64,000 nt of DNA. Origin: Veleropilina oligotropha (taxonomy: Eukaryota). The stretch lies in assembly GCA_048128005.1 (NCBI GenBank), contig JBEUKZ010000064.1, positions 62,001 through 126,000 on the forward strand, read 5' to 3'. Below the pieces are notes generated by a model. It was not told the origin of the DNA, made no database searches, and saw only the letters and a list, made by a program, of their open reading frames with translations. Position numbers and translations under genes: made by a program. Positions within the stretch are counted from its first letter, which is position 1, and every line of letters begins with the position of its first letter. Positions 13,676 to 28,600 of the stretch are shown in pieces.

Positions 13676-16600
13676 ATAATACTGCTGCCTAGTGAGCTAT
13701 GCTAATGTTAGGTGAATAGCAATAATACTGCTGCCTAGTGAGCTATGCTAATAATAATAATATAAATAATAATACTCCGGTCTTATATAGCGCATTATTA
13801 CGCTAGTGTCTCAATGCGCTGAACATTATTACCCCTGGTTATGGGCCTATTCCATTCGATATGCCATCTCAACTCCCTCTGGGAGCATTACAGTCATTTA
13901 CACGCGGTTAGCGCCGTGACTTACATAACTGCCTACCAGGTACCCATTTATATCGGCTGGGTGGACCGAGGCAAATATATGCTTATTTCCTTGCCCAAGT
14001 GAAATCGCCGAGCTTTGGGGGCGAACTCGAGACTCTGTGACCAGAGTCCTGTGAACAACCCACTGAGCCACGACGGCATATGACAGGTGAATAGCAATAA
14101 TACTGCTGCCTAGTGAGCTATGCTAATGTTAGGTGAATAGCAATAATACTGCTGCCTAGTGAGCTATGCTAATGTGAGGTGAAATGCAATAATACTGCTG
14201 CCTAGTGGGCTATGCTAATGTGAGGTGAATAGCAATAATACTGCTGCCTAGTGAGCTATGCTAATGTTAGGTGAATAGCAATAATACTGCTGCCTAGTGA
14301 GCTATGCTAATGTGAGGTGAATAGCAATAATACTGCTGCCTAGTGAGCTATGCTAATGTTAGGTGAATAGCAATAATACTGCTGCCTAGTGAGCTATGCT
14401 AATGTTGGGTGAATAGCAATAATACTGCTGCCTAGTGAGCTATGCTAATGTTAGGTGAATAGCAATAATACTGCTGCCTAGTGAGCTATGCTAATGTTAG
14501 GTGAATAGCAATAATACTGCTGCCTAGTGAGCTATGCTAATGTTAGGTGAATAGCAATAATACTGCTGCCTAGTGAGCTATGCTAATGTAAGGTGAATAG
14601 CAATAATACTGCTGCCTAGTGAGCTATGCTAATGTGAGGTGAATAGCAATAATACTTCTGCCTAGTGAGCTATGCTAATGTTAGGTGAATAGCAATAATA
14701 CTGCTGCCTAGTGAGCTATGCTAATGTTAGGTGAATAGCAATAATACTGCTGCCTAGTGAGCTATGCTAATGTGAGGTGAATAGCAATAATACTGCTGCC
14801 TAGTGAGCTATGCTAATGTGAGGTGAATAGCAATAATAATGCTGCCTAGTGCGCTATGCTAATGTTAGGTGAATAGCAATAATACTGCTGCCTAGTGAGC
14901 TATGCTAATGTGAGGTGAATAGCAATAATACTGCTGCCTAGTGAGCTATGCTAATGTTAGGTGAATAGCAATAATACTGCTGCCTAGTGCGCTATGCTAA
15001 TGTTAGGTGAATAGCAATAATACTGCTGCCTAGTGAGCTATGCTAATGTTAGGTGAATAGCAATAATACTGCTGCCTAGTGAGCTATGCTAATGTGAGGT
15101 GAATAGCAATAATAATGCTGCCTAGTGAGCTATGCTAGTGTTAGGTGAATAGCAATAATACTGCTGCCTAGTGAGCTATGCTAATGTTAGGTGAATAGCA
15201 ATAATACTGCTGCCTAGTGCGCTATGCTAATGTTAGGTGAATAGCAATAATACTGCTGCCTAGTGAGCTATGCTAATGTTAGGTGAATAGCAATAATACT
15301 GCTGCCTAGTGCGCTATGCTAATGTTAGGTGAATAGCAATAATACTGCTGCCTAGTGAGCTATGCTAATGTTAGCTGAATAGCAATAATACTGCTGCCTA
15401 GTGACCTATGCTAATGTTAGGTGAATAGCAATAATACTGCTGCCTAGTGCGCTATGCTAATGTTAGGTGAATAGCAATAATACTGCTGCCTAGTGAGCTA
15501 TGCTAATGTTAGGTGAATAGCAATAATACTGCTGCCTAGTGCGCTATGCTAATGTTAGGTGAATAGCAATAATACTGCTGCCTAGTGAGCTATGCTAATG
15601 TTAGGTGAATAGCAATAATACTGCTGCCTAGTGAGCTATGCTAATGTTAGGTGAATAGCAATACTACTGCTGCCTAGTGAGCTATGCTAATGTGAGGTGA
15701 ATAGCAATAATACTGCTGCCTAGTGATCATGAGCTATGCTAATGTTAGGTGAATAGCAATAATACTGCTGCCTAGTGATCATGAGCTATGCTAATGTTAG
15801 GTGAATAGCAATAATACTGCTGCCTAGTGAGCTATGCTAATGTTAGGTGAATAGCAATAATACTGCTGCCTAGTGAGCTATGCTAATGTTAGGTGAATAG
15901 CAATAATACTGCTGCCTAGTGAGCTATGCTAATGTGAGGTGAATAGCAATAATACTGCTGCCTAGTGAGCTATGCTAATGTTAGGTGAATAGCAATAATA
16001 CTGCTGCCTAGTGAGCTATGCTAATGTTAGGTGAATAGCAATAATACTGCTGCCTAGTGAGCTATGGTAATGTTAGGTGAATAGCAATAATACTGCTGCC
16101 TAGTGAGCTATGCTAATGTGAGGTGAATAGCAATAATACTGCTGCCTAGTGAGCTATGCTAATGTGAGGTGAATAGCAATAATACTGCTGCCTAGTGAGC
16201 TATGCTAATGTTAGGTGAATAGCAATAATACTGCTGCCTAGTGAGCTATGCTAATGTTAGGTGAATAGCAATAATACTGCTGCCTAGTGAGCTATGCTAA
16301 TGTTAGGTGAATAGCAATAATACTGCTGCCTAGTGAGCTATGCTAATGTTAGGTGAATAGCAATAATACTGCTGCCTAGTGAGCTATGCTAATGTTAGGT
16401 GAATAGCAATAATACTGCTCCCTAGTGAGCTATGCTAATGTTAGGTGAATAGCAATAATACTGCTGCCTAGTGGGCTATGCTAATGTGAGGTGAATAGCA
16501 ATAATACTGCTGCCTAGTGAGCTATGCTAATGTTAGGTGAATAGCAATAATACTGCTGCCTAGTGGGCTATGCTAATGTGAGGTGAATAGCAATAATACT

Positions 16601-19600
16601 GCTGCCTAGTGAGCTATGCTAATGTTAGGTGAATAGCAATAATACTGCTGCCTAGCTAGTGAGCTATGCTAATGTTAGGTGAATAGCAATAATACTGCTG
16701 CCTAATGAGCTATGCTAATGTTAGGTGAATAGCAATAATACTGCTGCCTAGTGAGCTATGCTAATGTGAGGTGAAATGCAATAATACTGCTGCCTAGTGA
16801 GCTATGCTAATGTGAGGTGAATAGCAATAATACTGCTCCCTAGGGAGCTATGCTAATGTGAGGTGAATAGCAATAATACTGCTCCCTAGTGAGCTATGCT
16901 AATGTGAGGTGAATAGCAATAATACTGCTGCCTAGTGAGCTATGCTAATGTTAGGTGAATAGCAATAATACTGCTGCCTAGTGCGCTATGCTAATGTTAG
17001 GTGAATAGCAATAATACTGCTCCCTAGTGAGCTATGCTAATGTTAGGTGAATAGCAATAATACTGCTGCCTAGTGAGCTATGCTAATGTTAGGTGAATAG
17101 CAATAATACTGCTGCCTAGTGAGCTATGCTAATGTTAGGTGAATAGCAATAATACTGCTGCCTAGTGCGCTATGCTAATGTTAGGTGAATAGCAATAATA
17201 CTGCTCCCTAGTGAGCTATGCTAATGTTAGGTGAATAGCAATAATACTGCTGCCTAGTGAGCTATGCTAATGTTAGGTGAATAGCAATAATACTGCTGCC
17301 TAGTGAGCTATGCTAATGTGAGGTGAATAGCAATAATACTGCTGCCTAGTGAGCTATGCTAATGTTAGGTGAATAGCAATAATACTGCTGCCTAGTGAGC
17401 TATGCTAATGTTAGGTGAATAGCAATAATACTGCTGCCTAGTGCGCTATGCTAATGTTAGGTGAATAGCAATAATACTGCTGCCTAGTGAGCTATGCTAA
17501 TGTGAGGTGAATAGCAATAATACTGCTCCCTAGTGAGCTATGCTAATGTTAGGTGAATAGCAATAATACTGCTGCCTAGTGAGCTATGCTAATGTGAGGT
17601 GAATAGCAATAATACTGCTGCCTAGTGAGCTATGCTAATGTTAGGTGAATAGCAATAATACTGCTGCCTAGTGAGCTATGCTAATGTTAGGTGAATAGCA
17701 ATAATACTGCTGCCTAGCTGGTGAGCTATGCTAATGTTAGGTGAATAGCAATAATACTGCTGCCTAGTGAGCTATGCTAATGTGAGGTGAATAGCAATAA
17801 TACTGCTCCCTAGTGAGCTATGCTAATGTAAGGTGAATAGCAATAATACTGCTGCCTAGTGAGCTATGCTAATGTGAGGTGAATAGCAATAATACTGCTG
17901 CCTAGTGAGCTATGCTAATGTTAGGTGAATAGCAATAATACTGCTGCCTAGTGAGCTATGCTAATGTGAGGTGAATAGCAATAATACTGCTGCCTGGTGA
18001 GCTATGCTAATGTTAGGTGAATAGCAATAATACTGCTGCCTAGTGAGCTATGCTAATGTTAGGTGAATAGCAATAATACTGCTGCCTAGTGAGCTATGCT
18101 AATGTTAGGTGAAGAGCAATAATACTGCTGCCTAGTGATCATGAGCTATGCTAATGTTAGGTGAATAGCAATAATACTGCTGCCTAGTGAGCTATGCTAA
18201 TGTGAGGTGAATAGCAATAATACTGCTGCCTAGTGAGCTATGCTAATGTTAGGTGAATAGCAATAATAATGCTGCCTAGTGAGCTATGCTAATGTTAGGT
18301 GAATAGCAATAATACTGCTGCCTGGTGAGCTATGCTAATGTGAGGTGAAATGCAATAATACTGCTGCCTAGTGAGCTATGCTAATGTTAGGTGAATAGCA
18401 ATAATAATGCTGCCTAGTGAGCTATGCTAATGTTAGGTGAATAGCAATAATACTGCTGCCTGGTGAGCTATGCTAATGTGAGGTGAATATCAATAATACT
18501 GCTCCCTAGTGAGCTATGCTAATGTTAGGTGAATAGCAATAATACTGCTGCCTAGTGAGCTATGCTAATGTTAGGTGAAGAGCAATAATACTGCTGCCTA
18601 GTGAGCTATGCTAATGTTAGGTGAATAGCAATAATACTGCTGCCTAGTGAGCTATGCTAATGTTAGGTGATCAATAGCAATAATACTGCTGCCTAGTGAG
18701 CTATGCTAATGTGAGGTGAATAGCAATAATACTGCTGCCTAGTGAGCTATGCTAATGTTAGGTGAATAGCAATAATACTGCTGCCTAGTGCGCTATGCTA
18801 ATGTTAGGTGAATAGCAATAATACTGCTGCCTAGTGAGCTATGCTAATGTTAGGTGAATAGCAATAATACTGCTGCCTAGTGAGCTATGCTAATGTTAGG
18901 TGAATAGCAATAATACTGCTGCCTAGTGAGCTATGCTAATGTTAGGTGAATAGCAATAATACTGCTGCCTAGTGAGCTATGCTAATGTTAGGTGAATAGC
19001 AATAATACTGCTGCCTAGTGCGCTATGCTAATGTTAGGTGAATAGCAATAATACTGCTGCCTAGTGAGCTATGCTAATGTTAGGTGAATAGCAATAATAC
19101 TGCTGCCTAGTCAGCTATGCTAATGTTAGGTGAATAGTAATAATACTGCTGCCTAGTGCGCTATGCTAATGTTAGGTGAATAGCAATAATACTGCTGCCT
19201 AGTGATCATGAGCTATGCTAATGTGAGGTGAATAGCAATAATACTGCTGCCTAGTGAGCTATGCTAATGTTAGGTGAATAGCAATAATACTGCTGCCTAG
19301 TGCGCTATGCTAATGTTAGGTGAATAGCAATAATACTGCTGCCTAGTGAGCTATGCTAATGTGAGGTGAATAGCAATAATACTGCTGCCTAGTGAGCTAT
19401 GCTAATGTTAGGTGAATAGCAATAATACTGCTGCCTAGTGAGCTATGCTAATGTTAGGTGAATAGCAATAATACTGCTGCCTAGTGAGCTATGCTAATGT
19501 GAGGTGAATAGCAATAATACTGCTGCCTAGTGCGCTATGCTAATGTTAGGTGAAGAGCAATAATACTGCTGCCTAGTGAGCTATGCTAATGTTAGGTGAA

Positions 19601-22600
19601 TAGCAATAATACTGCTGCCTAGTGAGCTATGCTAATGTTAGGTGAATAGCAATAATACTTCTGCCTAGTGAGCTATGCTAATGTGAGGTGAATATCAATA
19701 ATACTGCTCCCCAGTGAGCTATGCTAATGTGAGGTGAAGAGCAATAATACTGCTCCCTAGTGAGCTATGCTAATGTGAGGTGAATAGCAATAATACTGCT
19801 GCCTAGTGAGCTATGCTAATGTGAGGTGAATAGCAATAATACTGCTGCCTAGTGAGCTATGCTAATGTGAGGTGAATAGCAATAATACTGCTGCCTAGTG
19901 AGCTATGCTAATGTTAGGTGAATAGCAATAATACTGCTGCCTAGTGATCTATGCTAATGTTAGGTGAATAGCAATAATACTGCTGCCTAGTGAGCTATGC
20001 TAATGTTAGGTGAATAGCAATAATACTGCTGCCTAGTGCGCTATGCTAATGTTAGGTGAATAGCAATAATACTGCTGCCTAGTGGGCTATGCTAATGTTA
20101 GGTGAATAGCAATAATACTGCTGCCTAGTGAGCTATGCTAATGTTAGGTGAATAGCAATAATACTGCTGCCTAGTGCGCTATGCTAATGTTAGGTGAATA
20201 GCAATAATACTGCTGCCTAGTGAGCTATGCTAATGTTAGGTGAATAGCAATAATACTGCTGCCTAGTGAGCTATGCTAATGTTAGGTGAATGGCAATAAT
20301 ACTGCTGCCTAGTGAGCTATGCTAATGTTAGGTGAATAGCAATAATACTGCTGCCTAGTGAGCTATGCTAATGTTAGGTGAATAGCAATAATACTGCTGC
20401 CTAGTGAGCTATGCTAATGTTAGGTGAATAGCAATAATACTGCTGCCTAGTGCGCTATGCTAATGTTAGGTGAATAGCAATAATACTGCTGCCTAGTGAG
20501 CTATGCTAATGTTAGGTGAATAGCAATAATACTGCTGCCTAGTGAGCTATGCTAATGTTAGGTGAATAGCAATAATACTGCTGCCTAGTGAGCTATGCTA
20601 ATGTTAGGTGAATAGCAATAATACTGCTGCCTAGTGATCATGAGCTATGCTAATGTTAGGTGAATAGCAATAATACTGCTGCCTAGTGATCATGAGCTAT
20701 GCTAATGTTAGGTGAATAGCAATAATACTGCTGCCTAGTGAGCTATGCTAATGTGAGGTGAATAGCAATAATACTGCTGCCTAGTGACCTATGCTAATGT
20801 GAGGTGAATAGCAATAATACTGCTGCCTAGTGCGCTATGCTAATGTTAGGTGAATAGCAATAATACTGCTGCCTAGTGAGCTATGCTAATGTGAGGTGAA
20901 TAGCAATAATACTGCTGCCTAGTGAGCTATGCTAATGTTAGGTGAATAGCAATAATACTGCTGCCTAGTGAGCTATGCTAATGTTAGGTGAATAGCAATA
21001 ATACTGCTGCCTAGTGAGCTATGCTAATGTTAGGTGAATAGCAATAATACTGCTGCCTAGTGAGCTATGCTAATGTTAGGTGAATAGCAATAATACTGCT
21101 GCCTAGTGCGCTATGCTAATGTTAGGTGAATAGCAATAATACTGCTGCCTAGCTAGTGAGCTATGCTAATGTTAGGTGAATAGCAATAATACTGCTGCCT
21201 AGTGAGCTATGCTAATGTGAGGTGAATAGCAATAATACTGCTGCCTAGTGAGCTATGCTAATGTTAGGTGAATAGCAATAATACTGCTGCCTAGTGCGCT
21301 ATGCTAATGTGAGGTGAATAGCAATAATACTGCTGCCTAGTGATCATGAGCTATGCTAATGTTAGGTGAATAGCAATAATACTGCTGCCTAGTGCGCTAT
21401 GCTAATGTTAGGTGAATAGCAATAATACTGCTGCCTAGTGCGCTATGCTAATGTGAGGTGAATAGCAATAATACTGCTGCCTAGTGACCTATGCTAATGT
21501 GAGGTGAATAGCAATAATACTGCTGCCTAGTGAGCTATGCTAATGTGAGGTGAATAGCAATAATACTGCTGCCTAGTGAGCTATGCTAATGTGAGGTGAA
21601 TAGCAATAATACTGCTGCCTAGTGAGCTATGCTAATGTTAGGTGAATAGCAATAATACTGCTGCCTAGTGAGCTATGCTAATGTGAGGTGAATAGCAATA
21701 ATACTGCTGCCTAGTGAGCTATGCTAATGTTAGGTGAATAGCAATAATACTGCTGCCTAGTGAGCTATGCTAATGTTAGGTGAATAGCAATAATACTGCT
21801 GCCTAGTGAGCTATGCTAATGTGAGGTGAATAGCAATAATACTGCTCCCTAGTGCGCTATGCTAATGTTAGGTGAATAGCAATAATACTGCTGCCTAGTG
21901 CGCTATGCTAATGTTAGGTGAATAGCAATAATACTGCTGCCTAGTGAGCTATGCTAATGTTAGGTGAATAGCAATAATACTGCTGCCTAGTGCGCTATGC
22001 TAATGTTAGGTGAATAGCAATAATACTGCTGCCTAGTGAGCTATGCTAATGTGAGGTGAATAGCAATAATACTGCTGCCTAGTGAGCTATGCTAATGTGA
22101 GGTGAAGAGCAATAATACTGCTCCCTAGTGCGCTATGCTAATGTGAGGTGAATAGCAATAATACTGCTGCCTAGTGACCTATGCTAATGTGAGGTGAATA
22201 GCAATAATACTGCTGCGTAGTGACCTATGCTAATGTGAGGTGAATAGCAATAATACTGCTGCCTAGTGAGCTATGCTAATGTTAGGTGAATAGAAATAAT
22301 ACTGCTGCCTAGTGAGCTATGCTAATGTTAGGTGAGTAGCAATAATACTGCTGCCTAGTGAGCTATGCTAATGTTAGGTGAATAGCAATAATACTGCTGC
22401 CTAGTGAGCTATGCTAATGTTAGGTGAATAGCAATAATACTGCTGCCTAGTGCGCTATGCTAATGTTAGGTGAATAGCAATAATACTGCTGCCTAGTGAG
22501 CTATGCTAATGTGAGGTGAATAGCAATAATACTGCTGCCTAGTGGGCTATGCTAATGTTAGGTGAATAGCAATAATACTGCTGCCTAGTGAGCTATGCTA

Positions 22601-25600
22601 ATGTTAGGTGAATAGCAATAATACTGCTGCCTAGTGAGCTATGCTAATGTGAGGTGAATAGCAATAATACTGCTGCCTAGTGAGCTATGCTAATGTTAGG
22701 TGAATAGCAATAATACTGCTCCCTAGTGAGCTATGCTAATGTTAGGTGAATAGCAATAATACTGCTGCCTAGTGAGCTATGCTAATGTTAGGTGAATAGC
22801 AATAATACTGCTGCCTAGTGGGCTATGCTAATGTGAGGTGAATAGCAATAATACTGCTGCCTAGTGAGCTATGCTAATGTTAGGTGAATAGCAATAATAC
22901 TGCTGCCTAGTGAGCTATGTTAATGTGAGGTGAATAGCAATAATACTGCTGCCTAGTGAGCTATGCTAATGTTAGGTGAATAGCAATAATACTGCTGCCT
23001 AGTGAGCTATGCTAATGTTAGGTGAATAGCAATAATACTGCTGCCTAGTGCGCTATGCTAATGTTAGGTGAATAGCAATAATACTGCTGCCTAGTGAGCT
23101 ATGCTAATGTGAGGTGAATAGCAATAATACTGCTGCCTAGTGAGCTATGCTAATGTTAGGTGAATAGCAATAATACTGCTCCCTAGTGAGCTATGCTAAT
23201 GTGAGGTGAATAGCAATAATACTGCTGCCTAGTGAGCTATGCTAATGTTAGGTGAATAGCAATAATACTGCTGCCTAGTGGGCTATGCTAATGTGAGGTG
23301 AATAGCAATAATACTGCTGCCTAGTGAGCTATGCTAATGTTAGGTGAATAGCAATAATACTGCTGCCTAGTGATCATGAGCTATGCTAATGTTAGGTGAA
23401 TAGCAATAATACTGCTGCCTAGTGAGCTATGCTAATGTTAGGTGAATAGCAATAATACTGCTCCCTAGTGAGCTATGCTAATGTTAGGTGAATAGCAATA
23501 ATACTGCTGCCTAGTGAGCTATGCTAATGTGAGGTGAATAGCAATAATACTGCTGCCTAGTGAGCTATGCTAATGTGAGGTGAATAGCAATAATACTGCT
23601 GCCTAGTGAGCTATGCTAATGTGAGGTGAATAGCAATAATACTGCTGCCTAGTGATCATGAGCTATGCTAATGTGAGGTGAATAGCAATAATACTGCTGC
23701 CTAGTGCGCTATGCTAATGTTAGGTGAATAGCAATAATACTGCTCCCTAGTGAGCTATGCTAATGTGAGGTGAATAGCAATAATACTGCTGCCTAGTGAG
23801 CTATGCTAATGTTAGGTGAATAGCAATAATACTGCTGCCTAGTGCGCTATGCTAATGTTAGGTGAATAGCAATAATACTGCTCCCTAGTGAGCTATGCTA
23901 ATGTGAGGTGAATAGCAATAATACTGCTGCCTAGTGAGCTATGCTAATGTTAGGTGAATAGCAATAATACTGCTGCCTAGTGATCATGAGCTATGCTAAT
24001 GTTAGGTGAAGAGCAATAATACTGCTGCCTAGTGAGCTATGCTAATGTGAGGTGAATAGCAATAATACTGCTGCCTAGTGAGCTATGCTAATGTTAGGTG
24101 AATAGCAATAATACTGCTGCCTAGTGCGCTATGCTAATGTGAGGTGAATAGCAATAATACTGCTGCCTAGTGCGCTATGCTAATGTTAGGTGAATAGCAA
24201 TAATACTGCTGCCTAGTGAGCTATGTTAATGTGAGGTGAATAGCAATAATACTGCTGCCTAGTGAGCTATGCTAATGTTAGGTGAATAGCAATAATACTG
24301 CTGCATAGTGAGCTATGCTAATGTGAGGTGAATAGCAATAATACTGCTGCCTAGTGAGCTATGCTAATGTGAGGTGAATAGCAATAATACTTCTGCCTAG
24401 TGAGCTATGCTAATGTTTGGTGAATAGCAATAATACTGCTGCATAGTGAGCTATGCTAATGTTAGGTGAATAGCAATAATACTGCTGCCTAGTGAGCTAT
24501 GCTAATGTGAGGTGAATAGCAATAATACTGCTGCATAGTGAGCTATGCTAATGTTAGGTGAATAGCAATAATACTGCTGCATAGTGAGCTATGCTAATGT
24601 TAGGTGAATAGCAGTAATACTGCTGCCTAGTGAGCTATGCTAATGTGAGGTGAATAGCAATAATACTGCTCCCTAGTGCGCTATGCTAATGTTAGGTGAA
24701 TAGCAATAATACTGCTGCCTAGTGAGCTATGCTAATGTTAGGTGAATAGCAATAATACTGCTGCATAGTGAGCTATGCTAATGTTAGGTGAATAGCAATA
24801 ATACTGCTGCCTAGTGCGCTATGCTAATGTTAGGTGAATAGCAATAATACTGCTGCCTAGTGAGCTATGCTGATGTTAGGTGAATAGCAATAATACTGCT
24901 GCCTAGTGAGCTATGCTAATGTTAGGTGAATAGCAATAATACTGCTGCCTAGTGAGCTATGCTAATGTGAGGTGAATAGCAATAATACTGCTGCCTAGTG
25001 CGCTATGCTAATGTGAGGTGAATAGCAATAATACTGCTGCCTAGTGCGCTATGCTAATGTTATGTGAATAGCAATAATACTGCTGCCTAGTGAGCTATGC
25101 TAATGTTAGGTGAATAGCAATAATACTGCTGCCTAGTGACCTATGCTAATGTTAGGTGAATAGCAATAATACTGCTGCCTAGTGAGCTATGCTAATGTTA
25201 GGTGAATAGCAATAATACTGCTGCCTAGTGACCTATGCTAATGTTAGGTGAATAGCAATAATACTGCTGCCTAGTGAGCTATGCTAATGTTAGGTGAAGA
25301 GCAATAATACTGCTGCCTAGTGAGCTATGCTAATGTTAGGTGAATAGCAATACTACTGCTGCCTAGTGCGCTATGCTAATGTTAGGTGAATAGCAATAAT
25401 ACTGCTGCCTAGTGAGCTATGCTAATGTTAGGTGAATAGCAATAATACTGCTCCCTAGTGAGCTATGCTAATGTTAGGTGAATAGCAATAATACTGCTCC
25501 CTAGTGAACTATGCTAATGTGAGGTGAATAGCAATAATACTGCTCCCTAGTGAGCTATGCTAATGTGAGGTGAATAGCAATAATACTGCTGCCTAGTGCG

Positions 25601-28600
25601 CTATGCTAATGTTAGGTGAATAGCAATAATACTGCTGCCTAGTGAGCTATGCTAATGTTAGGTGAATAGCAATAATACTGCTGCCTAGTGAGCTATGCTA
25701 ATGTTAGGTGAATAGCAATAATACTGCTGCCTAGTGAGCTATGCTAATGTTAGGTGAATAGCAATAATACTGCTGCATAGTGAGCTATGCTAATGTTAGG
25801 TGAATAGCAATAATACTGCTGCCTAGTGAGCTATGCTAATGTTAGGTGAATAGCAATAATACTGCTGCCTAGTGAGCTATGCTAATGTGAGGTGAATAGC
25901 AATAATACTGCTGCATAGTGAGCTATGCTAATGTTAGGTGAATAGCAATAATACTGCTGCCTAGCTAGTGAGCTATGCTAATGTTAGGTGAATAGCAATA
26001 ATACTGCTGCCTAGTGCGCTATGCTAATGTGAGGTGAATAGCAATAATACTGCTGCCTAGTGGGCTATGCTAATGTGAGGTGAATAGCAATACTACTGCT
26101 GCATAGTGAGCTATGCTAATGTGAGGTGAATAGCAATAATACTGCTGCCTAGTGAGCTATGCTAATGTTAGGTGAATAGCAATAATACTGCTGCCTAGTG
26201 AGCTATGCTAATGTTAGGTGAATAGCAATACTACTGCTGCCTAGTGAGCTATGCTAATGTGAGGTGAATAGCAATAATACTGCTGCATAGTGAGCTATGC
26301 TAATGTTAGGTGAATAGCAATAATACTGCTGCCTAGTGAGCTATGCTAATGTTAGGTGAATAGCAATAATACTGCTGCCTAGTGAGCTATGCTAATGTTA
26401 GGTGAATAGCAATAATACTGCTGCCTAGTGAGCTATGCTAATGTGAGGTGAATAGCAATAATACTGCTGCCTAGTGAGCTATGCTAATGTTAGGTGAATA
26501 GCAATAATACTGCTGCCTAGTGAGCTATGCTAATGTGAGGTGAATAGCAATAATACTGCTGCCTAGCTAGTGAGCTATGCTAATGTGAGGTGAATAGCAA
26601 TAATACTGCTGCCTAGCTAGTGAGCTATGCTAATGTGAGGTGAATAGCAATAATACTGCTGCCTAGCTAGTGAGCTATGCTAATGTGAGGTGAATAGCAA
26701 TACTACTGCTGCCTAGTGAGCTATGCTAATGTGAGGTGAATAGCAATAATACTGCTGCCTAGCTAGTGAGCTATGCTAATGTGAGGTGAATAGCAATAAT
26801 ACTGCTGCCTAGTGAGCTATGCTAATGTTAGGTGAATAGCAATAATACTGCTGCCTAGTGCGCTATGCTAATGTTAGGTGAATAGCAATAATACTGCTGC
26901 ATAGTGAGCTATGCTAATGTGAGGTGAATAGCAATAATACTGCTGCCTAGTGAGCTATGCTAATGTTAGGTGAATAGCAATAATCCTGCTGCCTAGTGAG
27001 CTATGCTAATGTTAGGTGAATAGCAATAATACTGCTGCCTAGTGCGCTATGCTAATGTTAGGTGAATAGCAATAATACTGCTGCCTAGTGCGCTATGCTA
27101 ATGTTAGGTGAATAGCAATAATACTGCTGCCTAGTGAGCTATGCTAATGTTAGGTGAATAGCAATAATACTGCTGCCTAGCTAGTGAGCTATGCTAATGT
27201 TAGGTGAATAGCAATAATACTGCTGCATAGTGAGCTATGCTAATGTTAGGTGAATAGCAATAATACTGCTGCCTAGTGAGCTATGCTAATGTTAGGTGAA
27301 TAGCAATAATACTGCTGCCTAGTGAGCTATGCTAATGTTAGGTGAATAGCAATAATACTGCTGCCTAGTGAGCTATGCTAATGTGAGGTGAATAGCAATA
27401 ATACTGCTGCCTAGTGAGCTATGCTAATGTGAGGTGAATAGCAATAATACTGCTGCCTAGTGACCTATGCTAATGTGAGGTGAATAGCAATAATACTGCT
27501 GCCTAGTGAGCTATGCTAATGTTAGGTGAATAGCAATAATACTGCTGCCTAGTGAGCTATGCTAATGTGAGGTGAATAGCAATAATACTGCTGCCTAGTG
27601 AGCTATGCTAATGTGAGGTGAATAGCAATAATACTGCTGCCTAGTGGGCTATGCTAATGTTAGGTGAATAGCAATAATACTGCTGCCTAGTGAGCTATGC
27701 TAATGTTAGGTGAATAGCAATAATACTGCTGCCTAGTGAGCTATGCTAATGTTAGGTGAATAGCAATAATACTGCTGCCTAGTCAGCTATGCTAATGTTA
27801 GGTGAATAGCAATAATACTGGTGCCTAGTGCGCTATGCTAATGTTAGGTGAATAGCAATAATACTGCTGCCTAGTGAGCTATGCTAATGTGAGGTGAATA
27901 GCAATAATACTGCTGCCTAGTGATCATGAGCTATGCTAATGTGAGGTGAATAGCAATAATACTGCTGCCTAGTGAGCTATGCTAATGTTAGGTGAATAGC
28001 AATAATACTGCTGCCTAGTGCGCTATGCTAATGTTAGGTGAAGAGCAATAATACTGCTGCCTAGTGAGCTATGCTAATGTGAGGTGAATAGCAATAATAC
28101 TGCTGCCTAGCTAGTGAGCTATGCTAATGTTAGGTGAATAGCAATAATACTGCTGCCTAGTGAGCTATGCTAATGTTAGGTGAATAGCAATAATACTGCT
28201 GCCTAGTGAGCTATGCTAATGTTGGGTGAATAGCAATAATACTGCTACCTAGTGAGCTATGCTAATGTTGGGTGAATAGCAATAATACTGCTGCCTAGTG
28301 AGCTATGCTAATGTGAGGTGAATAGCAATAATACTGCTGCCTAGTGAGCTATGCTAATGTTAGGTGAATAGCAATAATACTGCTGCCTAGTGAGCTATGC
28401 TAATGTTAGGTGAATAGCAATAATACTGCTCCCTAGTGAGCTATGCTAATGTGAGGTGAATAGCAATACTACTGCTGCCTAGTGAGCTATGCTAATGTGA
28501 GGTGAATAGCAATAATACTGCTACCTAGTGAGCTATGCTAATGTTGGGTGAATAGCAATAATACTGCTGCCTAGTGAGCTATGCTAATGTGAGGTGAATA

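Noticed and set aside
14015..14080. tRNA gene on the minus strand
   Set aside because: A and B boxes are present but continue into a SINE body and tail, and there is no complete cloverleaf.
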